64,000 nucleotides of DNA from an uncultured bacterium. GTDB lineage: Bacteria > Omnitrophota > Omnitrophia > Omnitrophales > Aquincolibacteriaceae. The position numbers and the translations under genes are program-made. Positions 39,761 to 49,302 of the stretch are shown piece after piece. How positions within the stretch are numbered: the stretch's first letter is position 1; each line of letters opens with the position of its first letter. The DNA lies in NCBI GenBank assembly GCA_964434115.1, contig CAYSSX010000002.1, positions 201,680 through 265,679 of the forward strand, read 5' to 3'. Below the pieces are notes generated by a model that made no database searches, was not told where the DNA came from, and saw only the letters and a program-made list of their open reading frames with translations.

Positions 39761-40908
39761 CGAGAAGGTTTGCTGCTGGCCAAAAACCTCAAAACAGATT
39801 CTGCCGCTTTGCGGCTCGCGCCTTGCGAGCCGAGTTTCTTCCGAACAGCCTCAAACTCCAGTTTCATCCCCTCATAAACTTGCCGGTTTTTCAGGAGGAC
39901 TTCCGCTTCGTGCGCAATGACCGCGGGGTTCGCTTCATCTTGAATAAACTCAGGAACCACGCATTTTCCGGATAGCAAATTGACCAGCCCTAAAAAAGGA
40001 ACTTTGACGAGCCGTTTTCCAAGGAAGTAGGTGGAGGCACTTGTTTTATAAAGAAGAAAAAAAGGAGTTCCCAGCAAAGCTGTTTCCAGTGTCGCAGTTC
40101 CCGAAGTGACAAGCGCAAAATCCATAGCATGAACAAAAGCATGATGTTCCAGGCTTGACCGTGTCACGGAAGGCCCTTGGTAAGAATTCAAGCAAGCTTC
40201 GTAAACGGAAGAGGGAAGGTTCGGCGACTGGGAGTAAAAAAAACGAACTGCAGGATTTTTCTCGGAAAAAAGACGGGCAGATTCCAGCATGATGGGAAAA
40301 ATCCTTTTAACTTCCTTTTCCCGTGACCCCGGCAGCAGGCCGATCAAAGTATCGCTTTGCGCTGCGCTAAGTTTTTCGCGAACCTGGGCGCGATTCTCCG
40401 GAACATTGATTTCGTCCAGGAGGGGGTGGCCGACAAAGTCGCAGGAAACGCCCGCTTTTTCATAGATAGACACCTCAAAGGGAAGGATGACCATCATGTG
40501 CGCGATGTGGCGCTTGATATCATGAATCCTCCGTCCGCCCCAGGCCCAGATCTGGGGTGAGATGTAATAAATAACAGGGATGCTGGAGGAGATTTTTTTT
40601 GCCAGTCTGAGGTTGAAGGCCGGAGAGTCAATGACAATGACTGCATCGGGCTGCCATTGTTTGATTTCAGCAAGTGCGGCATTAAAGACTCGAAGATATT
40701 TAAAGTACTGCCTGAGAACATCCCCAAGTCCAAGCGCTGAAAAACGAGTCATGTCTTGCTGGAGTTCCATGCCAGCGGTTTGCATTTGAGGGCCTCCCAG
40801 CCCCTTGAAAGATGAACCCGGAGATTGGCTCTTTAATTCTTCAATGAGATGAGCGCCGTGAGCATCTCCCGACGCTTCACAAGCTACAAGAAAGAATTTT
40901 TTTGACAT
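39757..40908 (-). CDS. lpxB: lipid-A-disaccharide synthase
   Basis: MSKKFFLVACEASGDAHGAHLIEELK N-terminus, GT-B fold; start set at Met 40908 (track ORF extends to 40974). Confidence 0.9.
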   Translation of the reverse strand: MSKKFFLVACEASGDAHGAHLIEELKSQSPGSSFKGLGGPQMQTAGMELQQDMTRFSALGLGDVLRQYFKYLRVFNAALAEIKQWQPDAVIVIDSPAFNLRLAKKISSSIPVIYYISPQIWAWGGRRIHDIKRHIAHMMVILPFEVSIYEKAGVSCDFVGHPLLDEINVPENRAQVREKLSAAQSDTLIGLLPGSREKEVKRIFPIMLESARLFSEKNPAVRFFYSQSPNLPSSVYEACLNSYQGPSVTRSSLEHHAFVHAMDFALVTSGTATLETALLGTPFFLLYKTSASTYFLGKRLVKVPFLGLVNLLSGKCVVPEFIQDEANPAVIAHEAEVLLKNRQVYEGMKLEFEAVRKKLGSQGASRKAAESVLRFLASSKPSR

Positions 40909-40912
40909 GAGG

Positions 40913-41866
40913 TTATGCCCGGCCGGACATGACTTCGGGGGAGTTGTTATGCTTGATAGCGGCAACGATTTCAATGGCCAGGGCTAAGGCGTTTCGGGCC
41001 GCAAGGTCGGGCTTTCCGAGACTCTCTCCGGAAATGATTCTGGAGACAAAGTATTTTAATTCCTCCTTGAGGGGCTCTGCTTTTTCAATATCAATGCTTT
41101 CCTGGGTGATTCCGAAACCTTGCTTGCGGAAAATCTTGCAGCTTTGGGTTCCATAATCCATCGAAATATAAGCATCCTCCTGAAAGATGCGGATTTTACG
41201 CTGTTTCTCAGGCGTCAGGCGCGAGGCAGTCATGTCCGCAACCGCGCCGTTTTTGAATTTTAAGCGCACATTTGCGATATCTTCATAGGGGGTGAGGACA
41301 TTGATCCCGACAGCGTCAAAACTTGCCAATTCACTTTTCATCAGGCCCAGAACAATATCAATGTCATGAATCATAAGGTCAAGCACCACGCCGCAATCAT
41401 TGATGCGGGTGTTAAAAGGTCCTAAACGGTGAATTTCAAAAAAACGGATATTCTTTGCGATTTCCCCGACCCGCTTAAAGGCTGGGTTGTGGCGTTCAAT
41501 GTGTCCCACCTGAAGGGAAAGATTTTTTTTCCGGGCCAGCTCGATAAGTTCATCAGCATCTTCCAGTTTAAGGGTGATGGGCTTTTCGATAAGGGTGTGT
41601 ATCCCGGCATTTAAAAACTCGCGAGCCACTTTGTGGTGCGAGGATGTGGGCGTCGCTATGCTGACGGCGTCGACTTGACCGAGAAGCTGACGAGGGTCCT
41701 TAAAAAAAGGAACGCCCAACGCATCCGCGCGTTCTTTTTTGGAAGCGTCGGCGTCGCAAAGGCCGATGAGACGAACCATGTCCCCAAGCTCGTGATAAAT
41801 ACGAGCATGCTCTTTTCCAAGGTGACCAATACCGACAACGGCAACTCTTAAGGGCATGTTTGGCAA
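40913..41866 (-). CDS. Gfo/Idh/MocA-family NAD(P)-dependent oxidoreductase (possible UDP-GlcNAc 3-dehydrogenase GnnA-like)
   Basis: Rossmann N-terminus RVAVVGIGHLGKEHARIY; 4 nt upstream of lpxB on the same strand; function inferred from lipid A context only. Confidence 0.75.
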   Translation of the reverse strand: MPNMPLRVAVVGIGHLGKEHARIYHELGDMVRLIGLCDADASKKERADALGVPFFKDPRQLLGQVDAVSIATPTSSHHKVAREFLNAGIHTLIEKPITLKLEDADELIELARKKNLSLQVGHIERHNPAFKRVGEIAKNIRFFEIHRLGPFNTRINDCGVVLDLMIHDIDIVLGLMKSELASFDAVGINVLTPYEDIANVRLKFKNGAVADMTASRLTPEKQRKIRIFQEDAYISMDYGTQSCKIFRKQGFGITQESIDIEKAEPLKEELKYFVSRIISGESLGKPDLAARNALALAIEIVAAIKHNNSPEVMSGRA

Positions 41867-41961
41867 GGGGTTGTGTGTCTGTGGTTGATTTTTTGAGGTT
41901 TTTTCGATCGTAGCAAATGGCCTTGAGGGGTGTCAATCAATATGTTACAGTGTCGCCTCCT

Positions 41962-43710
41962 ATGGGAATCTACCGCCGTCTCCTCACTTACCTTAAACCG
42001 CATCGTGGAAGACTTGTGCTGGCTGTTTTGGCCTCGCAGGGCTTTGCCCTGTCGACGGCGCTTGTGTCCGGAACCCTTTACGCCATCATTAACGGCCTTC
42101 AGAATAAAGATGAGGTCGTGCTTGGCAATATTCCGCACGCTCCTTTTTTACACATCCACTTTCCGACACTTTACCTTCCATTCATTATGGTTGGGGTGTT
42201 CCTTTTGCGCAGCTTTTTTGAGTATGTTTCAGGCTATTTAATGGCCAGCATTGGTATTCGGATTATTCGCAAAGTCCGGGATGACCTCTATAAGCACCTG
42301 ATCCATCTTTCGAGCGATTTTTATTCGCGCGGCCGCACAGGTGATTTTTTAAGCCGCATCATGAATGATGTGGGAGCCATTCAAGGCGCAATTACGGACG
42401 TGATCACGGATTTGTTTAAGCAGCCCTTTATTATTCTCTACAACATCCCGATGGTCTTTATCTGGGGCGGCCCTTATGCGATTTATGCGTTAATTATTTT
42501 TCCGATTGTGGCAGTGCCGATTGTTTTCCTGGGCAGGAATCTCCGGAAAACCACTAAGAAAATGCAGGAACGAGCCGCTGACATTACCTCTTTCATAGGG
42601 GAGACATTAGCGGGTGTCAATGTGGTTAAGGCATTTAACCGCGAAGAGGATGAGATTAAAAAATTCGAAAACATTAATAAAAGCGTCTTTGATTTTTTTA
42701 AACATACGATTCGCATCACGATGATCCAGCGTCCGTTGATTGAAGTCATGGGGGCCATCGGCGCCGCCATCGCCGTTTGGTTTGCGCTTAAGACACTTCC
42801 TCCGGACAGATTCGGCGCGTTCGTTATTTCCCTCTTTGTTTTCTATGAGCCGCTTAAAAAATTGAGCAAGGTGAACAGCACGATTCAACAATCTGTGGCG
42901 GCCGGCGGGCGGATTTTTGAAATATTAGACATGAAGCCGAGTGTTCAAAGTGCTCCGGACGCCCAGGATTTCCAGGAAACAATTCGGACTACCGCCTTTC
43001 GCGATGTGCATTTTTCCTACGATTCTCAGAAGCCTGTTTTACGCGGGATTAATCTTGAAGTTCGTCACGGTGAAGTGCTTGCCATTGTAGGCCCCAGCGG
43101 CTCCGGCAAGAGTACGCTTGTGAACCTTCTGCTCCGTTTTTATGACCCCACGGCAGGCGCCGTGGAAATCAACGGCCGTGACATTCGTGGTTTTACCCTG
43201 CACTCCCTGCGTGAAAAGGTGGGGATCGTTTCACAGGACACCATTCTTTTCAATATGACAGTTGCGGAAAATATTGCTTACGGGATGCCAGCCGCCTCGC
43301 GGGAGGCTGTTGAGTCAGCTGCCCGGGCTGCGCACGCACATGAATTTATTCAGGAGCTGCCCAAGGGGTATGACACGATTATGGGGGAGCGCGGGCTGAA
43401 ACTTTCCGGCGGGCAGCGTCAGAGGATTTCAATCGCACGCGCTATTTTGAAAGATGCCCCGATTTTGATTTTGGATGAGGCGACTTCACAGCTTGACACA
43501 GAGAGTGAGCGCGTTGTTCAGGACGCGCTTGAGAACCTCATGAAAATGCGAACCGTTTTTGTGATTGCGCATCGTCTTTCAACGGTTCAAAAAGCTGACC
43601 GGATTGTGGTGCTCGAAGAGGGACGGATTGTTCAAGAGGCCAATCATGAATCTTTGATCCGTCAAGGCGGGCTTTACAAGAAGCTTTACGATCTGCAGTT
43701 CAGCGTTTGA
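41962..43710 (+). CDS. msbA: ABC transporter permease/ATPase, MsbA-like (lipid A/LPS flippase candidate)
   Basis: 6-TM domain plus NBD (Walker A GPSGSGKST, signature LSGGQRQR, Walker B ILILDEATS); divergent from the lpxB operon; alternative start 41917. Confidence 0.8.
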   Translation: MGIYRRLLTYLKPHRGRLVLAVLASQGFALSTALVSGTLYAIINGLQNKDEVVLGNIPHAPFLHIHFPTLYLPFIMVGVFLLRSFFEYVSGYLMASIGIRIIRKVRDDLYKHLIHLSSDFYSRGRTGDFLSRIMNDVGAIQGAITDVITDLFKQPFIILYNIPMVFIWGGPYAIYALIIFPIVAVPIVFLGRNLRKTTKKMQERAADITSFIGETLAGVNVVKAFNREEDEIKKFENINKSVFDFFKHTIRITMIQRPLIEVMGAIGAAIAVWFALKTLPPDRFGAFVISLFVFYEPLKKLSKVNSTIQQSVAAGGRIFEILDMKPSVQSAPDAQDFQETIRTTAFRDVHFSYDSQKPVLRGINLEVRHGEVLAIVGPSGSGKSTLVNLLLRFYDPTAGAVEINGRDIRGFTLHSLREKVGIVSQDTILFNMTVAENIAYGMPAASREAVESAARAAHAHEFIQELPKGYDTIMGERGLKLSGGQRQRISIARAILKDAPILILDEATSQLDTESERVVQDALENLMKMRTVFVIAHRLSTVQKADRIVVLEEGRIVQEANHESLIRQGGLYKKLYDLQFSV

Positions 43711-44133
43711 TCAGGTTCCCGGAATTTTGATCGTGATTTTTGTGGTTTCGTCGGAATTCTTCTCCGGTTCTTTTACCTCGTAGTTTTCAACATCCCCCTG
43801 CCCCAAAGTGGCTACTTTTAATGCTCCCTTGACTGTGTTGTCCAGAATAGCTCCCGTACCTTTGCGTGCACCCTCGAGCGTTCCGACAACCGGCTTGCCT
43901 TCTGCGGTTGAATCCTTGGTTTCAGAGAGAAATCCCGCAGTAGAATCCACAGTTGCGGTTTTCACACCTTCAGCGATTCCGGTAGCGGGGTTGGTTAACC
44001 CTCTTCGGCTGCCCTTGTTTTCTTTTTCTTCAAGCCGGGCTTCCTCGTCATACTGGCCGCGGCGGGACATGCCCAGTTGGACAACGCTTGAACTCAAAAC
44101 AATGGCCAAAAGGATAAAAGAAGGTGCTCTCAT
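43711..44133 (-). CDS. hypothetical secreted protein (140 aa, Thr/Lys/Glu/Gly-rich)
   Basis: Signal peptide MRAPSFILLAIVLSSSVVQLG; RBS GAGGGAAG; stop abuts the msbA stop (convergent); no recognisable domain. Confidence 0.5.
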   Translation of the reverse strand: MRAPSFILLAIVLSSSVVQLGMSRRGQYDEEARLEEKENKGSRRGLTNPATGIAEGVKTATVDSTAGFLSETKDSTAEGKPVVGTLEGARKGTGAILDNTVKGALKVATLGQGDVENYEVKEPEKNSDETTKITIKIPGT

Positions 44134-44440
44134 AGCTTCCCTCATAACATTAAGACGCATGGTGAAAAGTTAAGAATCAAACTTAGTATAGCTGAAGTTG
44201 ATCAGCTGTCCAAGCTTTTGCACGCTAAATGCCTTCTCGAAGAAGCTTTGGAGCTTCCTGAGACTCCGTTGCTTTTTATAAGGGCCTACGTTATACTGCA
44301 CCCCTTTGGGAAATCCGGTCGGACCACGCAAAATTTCCAGCGTGAACCTCTCTTTAAACCGCGATCCCGTAATCCTTTAGCCCGTTGCCTTAAAAGCTTA
44401 TTTTAGGGCCCTGGTTAAACGTTGCCGGCAGCACTTACAC

Positions 44441-45742
44441 ATGAAAAAAATTCGCATTGGACTTTTGGGCCTCGGCCAGGTTGGCTCAGGCGTTTATTCT
44501 ATCCTCGCGCAAAAACATAAATACTTTGCCTCCGATGTGGGGGTGGATTTTGAAATTCGTAAAATAGCGGTGCGGAGTTTGTCTAAAAGGCGCCTGGTTA
44601 AGGTTCCCGCAAAGCTCTTGACTCGCGACGCCCGTTCCGTTGTCCGTGATCCTTCTATTGATGTTGTGGTTGAGCTGATGGGCGGCACAGGGGAAGCCTG
44701 TCACCTTGTCAAAGAGGCGCTGCTTAACGGCAAGCATGTGGTCACTGCAAACAAGGCGCTGCTTGCTGAACGCGGAGATGAGATTTTTAATTTAGCATCC
44801 CGCTTGAAAAAATGGGTTCTGTTCGAAGCAAGCGTTGGAGGCGGAATTCCTGTGGTTAAAGCGCTTCGCGAAGGCCTGGTGGCCAACCACATTGAGGCTA
44901 TCCACGCAATCATTAACGGGACAAGCAATTACATCCTTTCCAAGATGAGCGAAGAAGGTGCGGATTTTGGCGAGGCGCTTAAAGCCGCGCAGGAGAAGGG
45001 GTACGCGGAAGCTGATCCGACACTGGACATTGACGGCTCCGATGCGGCGCATAAGCTTGCTGTTTTGGTGCGTGTAGGCTTCGGCGGGAAAGTGCAGTTT
45101 AAGGAGATTTACCGGGAAGGTATTCAGCACATACGGGCTGAAGACATTGCCTTTGCGCGCGAATTTGGCTATAGAGTCAAACTTCTTGCCATTGTGAAGC
45201 GTTCAAAGGAAGGCCTTGAAGCACGTGTTCAGCCGACGCTTTTACCTCAGGATCATATTCTGGCGAATGTGAACGGTTCGTTTAATGCGGTCTTAATTGA
45301 CGGCGATAAAACCGGCCCGGTTCTTTTGTATGGCCGGGGTGCCGGCTCTTTCCCGACGGCCAGTGCGGTCATTAGCGATCTTGTGGATTTGGCGAAGCGT
45401 TATGACCGCCTTGATTGCGAAGATGCCCTGATGCTTAGGGCCAATGCCAAAGCCTTGAAGCTGAAAAGCATTTCCTCGTTGTTATCGCGGTACTATCTGC
45501 GCTTTCATGTTGTGGACCAGCCGGGTGTGCTGGGGCGGATCAGCCGGGTGCTGGGCGGACATCGTATCAGCATCTCAGATTGTTATCAGAAGGAACGCCG
45601 GCAGGGAAGCGTCGTATCTTTGATTATGCTGACCCATGACGCTCATGAAAAAGATGTGCGCAATGCCATCCGCGCGATTGATAAGCTCGGCGTGGTGCGC
45701 GGTAAATCACAAGTGATCCGCATTGAAGCAAACGAAGCTTAG
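44441..45742 (+). CDS. hom: homoserine dehydrogenase with C-terminal ACT domain
   Basis: NAD-binding IGLLGLGQVGSGV, catalytic domain, ACT (FHVVDQPGVLGRISRVLG). Confidence 0.92.
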   Translation: MKKIRIGLLGLGQVGSGVYSILAQKHKYFASDVGVDFEIRKIAVRSLSKRRLVKVPAKLLTRDARSVVRDPSIDVVVELMGGTGEACHLVKEALLNGKHVVTANKALLAERGDEIFNLASRLKKWVLFEASVGGGIPVVKALREGLVANHIEAIHAIINGTSNYILSKMSEEGADFGEALKAAQEKGYAEADPTLDIDGSDAAHKLAVLVRVGFGGKVQFKEIYREGIQHIRAEDIAFAREFGYRVKLLAIVKRSKEGLEARVQPTLLPQDHILANVNGSFNAVLIDGDKTGPVLLYGRGAGSFPTASAVISDLVDLAKRYDRLDCEDALMLRANAKALKLKSISSLLSRYYLRFHVVDQPGVLGRISRVLGGHRISISDCYQKERRQGSVVSLIMLTHDAHEKDVRNAIRAIDKLGVVRGKSQVIRIEANEA

Positions 45743-45758
45743 GACGAAACGGAAAATT

Positions 45759-46838
45759 ATGTCGACTAAAAAATTTGCAGTTAAAAAAATAGGAATTATC
45801 GAGCGCTATCAGGAGTTTATGCCAGTGACTGATCGCACGCCGATTATTTCCTTAAATGAGGGCAACACGCCCCTTATTCTGGCAGAAGCCTTGCCGAAAG
45901 AACTGGGACTCACAGACGTCCGTTTCTATTACAAGTTTGAAGGTTTGAATCCGACGGGTTCTTTTAAAGACCGCGGCATGACGATGGCCATTTCCAAGGC
46001 CGTTGAAGAAGGATCCAAAGCCGTCATTTGTGCTTCTACGGGTAACACCTCAGCGTCTGCGGCGGCTTTTGCTTCACGCTGCGGTTTGAAATGTTTTGTT
46101 CTGATTCCAGAAGGGAAGATTGCGAAAGGTAAGCTGATGCAGGCTTACCGCTATGGTGCCAAGGTTATTATTATAAAAGGCAACTTCGACCAGGCCCTTG
46201 AGCTGGTGAAGAAGATCGGCGAAAAGACCCCTATAACCATCGTTAACTCCATCAACCCCTACCGGATTGAGGGCCAGAAAAGCGGGGCCTTTGAAGTCGT
46301 GGACGATCTTGGGGATGCTCCTGAGTATCACGCGATTCCTGTCGGAAACGCGGGCAATATTACAGCTTACTGGAAAGGCTATAAAGAGTATAAGCGTGCA
46401 GGGAAATCCGAAATGCTTCCGAAAATGCTGGGTTTTCAGGCCGCTGGTTCCGCTCCGATTGTTCATGGCAAGCCCATTGAGAAGCCCGAAACCCTGGCTA
46501 CGGCAATTCGCATTGGGAATCCCGCCAGCTGGAAAGGCGCCTTGCAGGCCCGCGATGAATCCGGGGGCCTTATTGAGGCCGTGACGGACGAAGAAATTAC
46601 TTACGCCTATCGTTTTATCGCAGAACGCGAAGGCGTGTTCGCTGAACCTGCTTCGGCTGCGGCTGTGGCTGGGGTCATGAAGCTTGCGAAAAGGAACTAC
46701 TTTGCTCCTCACACGCGGGTTGTCATGACGCTCACCGGATCAGGTCTTAAAGATCCCGACTTTGCCATGAGCTTTGAGGATAACCTGGAATCTGTCGATG
46801 CGTCTTTTGACGCGGTACGAAAGGTGATTGGCGTATGA
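45759..46838 (+). CDS. thrC: threonine synthase
   Basis: PLP lysine motif NPTGSFKDRGM; start set to Met 45759 after the hom stop. Confidence 0.92.
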   Translation: MSTKKFAVKKIGIIERYQEFMPVTDRTPIISLNEGNTPLILAEALPKELGLTDVRFYYKFEGLNPTGSFKDRGMTMAISKAVEEGSKAVICASTGNTSASAAAFASRCGLKCFVLIPEGKIAKGKLMQAYRYGAKVIIIKGNFDQALELVKKIGEKTPITIVNSINPYRIEGQKSGAFEVVDDLGDAPEYHAIPVGNAGNITAYWKGYKEYKRAGKSEMLPKMLGFQAAGSAPIVHGKPIEKPETLATAIRIGNPASWKGALQARDESGGLIEAVTDEEITYAYRFIAEREGVFAEPASAAAVAGVMKLAKRNYFAPHTRVVMTLTGSGLKDPDFAMSFEDNLESVDASFDAVRKVIGV

Positions 46839-48034
46839 AATATTTAATCGTGACGATTCCGGGAGCCGCGGACCATCCGGCCGAAGAGCTTGGCGGCAAA
46901 ACACCGCTTGAAGCCGCGAAAATTCAGAACCTTCATCATTTTGTGAAAATTGGAAAGCTTGGGATGGCCCGGTTTGCTTCGGACCGCACTGAACCGTCTT
47001 CCGACACAGCATTTCTCAATCTGCTTGGTTACGAGGCGGATAAATATTACACCGGACGCGGCCCGATAGAAGCAGCCAATCTTGACCTTAAGCTGGAAGA
47101 CGATGAGATTCCTTTCCGTATGAATTTTATTACGGAATTTGGCGGGACATTGGCGGATGCGTCCGCAGGAAAAATCAGCACGAAGGAAGCGAAGGCACTA
47201 ATCAATTTTCTTAACAAGAAAGTGGCCAGCGGGTTTGTCCGGTTTTTTGCCGGCCGCGAATACCGGCATGTTGCCGTCCTTAAAGATTCCCATGGATTTC
47301 AGGCGTTATCGGCCAAAACCACCTGCCCTGATGCGATCGTGGGGGATAAGTTTGAGAACCATTTTCCGAAGGGGCCCGGAGAGGAACTTTTGAAAAAATT
47401 GATGTATGACGCGCGGCTCCTTTTACAGGATCATGAAGTGAATCAGGTGCGTCTTGATCTGCATGAAAATCCAGCCAATATGATTTGGCTTTGGGGACAG
47501 GGAAAGAAACCTAACCTTGAAAAATTTTCCGAGAAGTACGGGCTTTCCGGCGCTATTGTTGCGGGAATCGAGTATGCGAAAGGAATTGCCCGTCTGACCG
47601 GGCTTACCGTTCTTGAGGCGCCTGAAAATTCAGGAGATTATGAAACTGATTTTCACAAGCGCGGGAAAATTGTTTTGGAAGCTTTGGAAGACAAGGATGT
47701 TGTCATTTGCCATTTGGACGAATGCGATGAGGCTTCCCGCACAGGGGACCTGAAAACAAAAATTTCAGCATTGGAAGCGATGGATTATTTCCTCTTCTCT
47801 AAATTCAGGGAATATCTGGAGTCGAACAAGGATACTCGGATTCTGGTGACCCCCGTGCACGCGGTCCCATGGAAAATGCGCAAGCATGTCCGCGACTCTG
47901 TTCCCTTTGTTGTGGCCGGCAAGAATGTCATGCCGGATGAGGCGGAGAAGTTTTCCGAGCTTGCTGCAAAATCATCCGAATTGAAAATCACAGAAGGTCA
48001 TGAATTTTTAAGTTCCACCTATTTTAAAAGTTAA
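46835..48034 (+). CDS. cofactor-independent phosphoglycerate-mutase-like metalloenzyme, archaeal ApgM type (proposed non-orthologous homoserine kinase)
   Basis: N-terminus MKYLIVTIPGAADHPAEELGGKTPLE typical of the ApgM family (alkaline-phosphatase superfamily); located between thrC and lysC, ATGA overlap with thrC. Confidence 0.75.
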   Translation: MKYLIVTIPGAADHPAEELGGKTPLEAAKIQNLHHFVKIGKLGMARFASDRTEPSSDTAFLNLLGYEADKYYTGRGPIEAANLDLKLEDDEIPFRMNFITEFGGTLADASAGKISTKEAKALINFLNKKVASGFVRFFAGREYRHVAVLKDSHGFQALSAKTTCPDAIVGDKFENHFPKGPGEELLKKLMYDARLLLQDHEVNQVRLDLHENPANMIWLWGQGKKPNLEKFSEKYGLSGAIVAGIEYAKGIARLTGLTVLEAPENSGDYETDFHKRGKIVLEALEDKDVVICHLDECDEASRTGDLKTKISALEAMDYFLFSKFREYLESNKDTRILVTPVHAVPWKMRKHVRDSVPFVVAGKNVMPDEAEKFSELAAKSSELKITEGHEFLSSTYFKS

Positions 48035-48046
48035 CGGAAGGTTGTT

Positions 48047-49276
48047 ATGTCGTTGATTGTTCAGAAGTACGGCGGTACGTCCGTGGGCAATGTTGACCGC
48101 ATCATGAATGTTGCCCGAAGAATTGTGAAAAAGAAAAAAGAAGGGAATCAGCTTGTGGTGGTCGTCTCGGCAATCGGAGATACCACGGATGATCTGATTG
48201 AGTTGGCATCCAAGATCACAAAGAATCCAAGCACCCGCGAAATGGATATGCTTCTTTCCACAGGGGAGCAGATTTCAGTGTCCCTGCTTGCGATCGCGAT
48301 TCAGCACCTCGGCGTAAAGGCCATTTCTTTTACAGGGCCCCAGGTTGGAATCATTACGGATAAATATCATTCCAAGGCGCGCATTCTGGACATTAATGCA
48401 GAGCGTATTCAGAAGGCTCTCCGTGACGGCCATGTGGTGATCGTTGCGGGTTTCCAAGGCAAAACTGTTTCCGATGAGATTACCACTTTGGGCCGCGGCG
48501 GCTCAGACCTCACGGCCGTGGCGCTCGCCAAGGCTCTTCGGGCAAAGCAATGTGAGATCTATACGGACGTCGATGGTGTTTTTACGGCGGATCCCAGGAT
48601 TGTTCCAGACGCCCGTAAAATCGATGTCATCAGCTATGATGAAATTCTTGAGCTGGCTTCCTTGGGAGCCAAAGTCATGCACTCGCGTTCTATTGAGGTT
48701 GGTAAAAAATTCAATGTTCCGATTTATGTCCGCAATTCCGGAAACAACAAGGAAGGGACTTTGATTACAAAGGAGAGTAAAAAAATGGAAGATGTGGTGG
48801 TGAGTGGTGTCGCGCTGACAGAAGACGAAGCGAAGATCACGATTTTTAATGTTCCGGACCGCCCGGGTGTCGCAGCCAAGCTGTTCGCAACCCTGTCGGA
48901 AGCCAATATCAACATCGATATGATCATTCAGAACAAAACCAGCACCAAGACCACAGACATTTCCTTTACAGTTTTTAAGAACGAACTTAATCGTGCGCTG
49001 CCCGTAGTGAAAAAGGCCGTCAAGCAGCTTGGGGCCGAAACCATCGATGTTGATGAAAATATCGCAAAGGTCAGCGTTGTCGGGGTGGGGATGCGTTCGC
49101 ATACCGGTGTGGCTTCCAAGATGTTTGGCTGTCTAGCCCGGAAAAAAATCAATATCGACATGATCTCAACCTCAGAGATCAAGATTTCCTGTGTGATTAA
49201 CGGTTCCAAAGGCAAGGAAGCAGTCCGTGAAATTCATAAAGAATTCGGACTAAGCGGGACCGGTAGAAAAAAGTAA
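48047..49276 (+). CDS. lysC: aspartate kinase with tandem ACT domains
   Basis: MSLIVQKYGGTSVGNVDRI N-terminus; two C-terminal ACT domains. Confidence 0.93.
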   Translation: MSLIVQKYGGTSVGNVDRIMNVARRIVKKKKEGNQLVVVVSAIGDTTDDLIELASKITKNPSTREMDMLLSTGEQISVSLLAIAIQHLGVKAISFTGPQVGIITDKYHSKARILDINAERIQKALRDGHVVIVAGFQGKTVSDEITTLGRGGSDLTAVALAKALRAKQCEIYTDVDGVFTADPRIVPDARKIDVISYDEILELASLGAKVMHSRSIEVGKKFNVPIYVRNSGNNKEGTLITKESKKMEDVVVSGVALTEDEAKITIFNVPDRPGVAAKLFATLSEANINIDMIIQNKTSTKTTDISFTVFKNELNRALPVVKKAVKQLGAETIDVDENIAKVSVVGVGMRSHTGVASKMFGCLARKKINIDMISTSEIKISCVINGSKGKEAVREIHKEFGLSGTGRKK

Positions 49277-49302
49277 TCTTAGATTACCGCGGCAAGGGCC
49301 GC

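Noticed and set aside
44218-44406. 62-aa ORF in the hom leader region
   Set aside because: No RBS, no conservation signal, atypical composition. More likely non-coding leader sequence.
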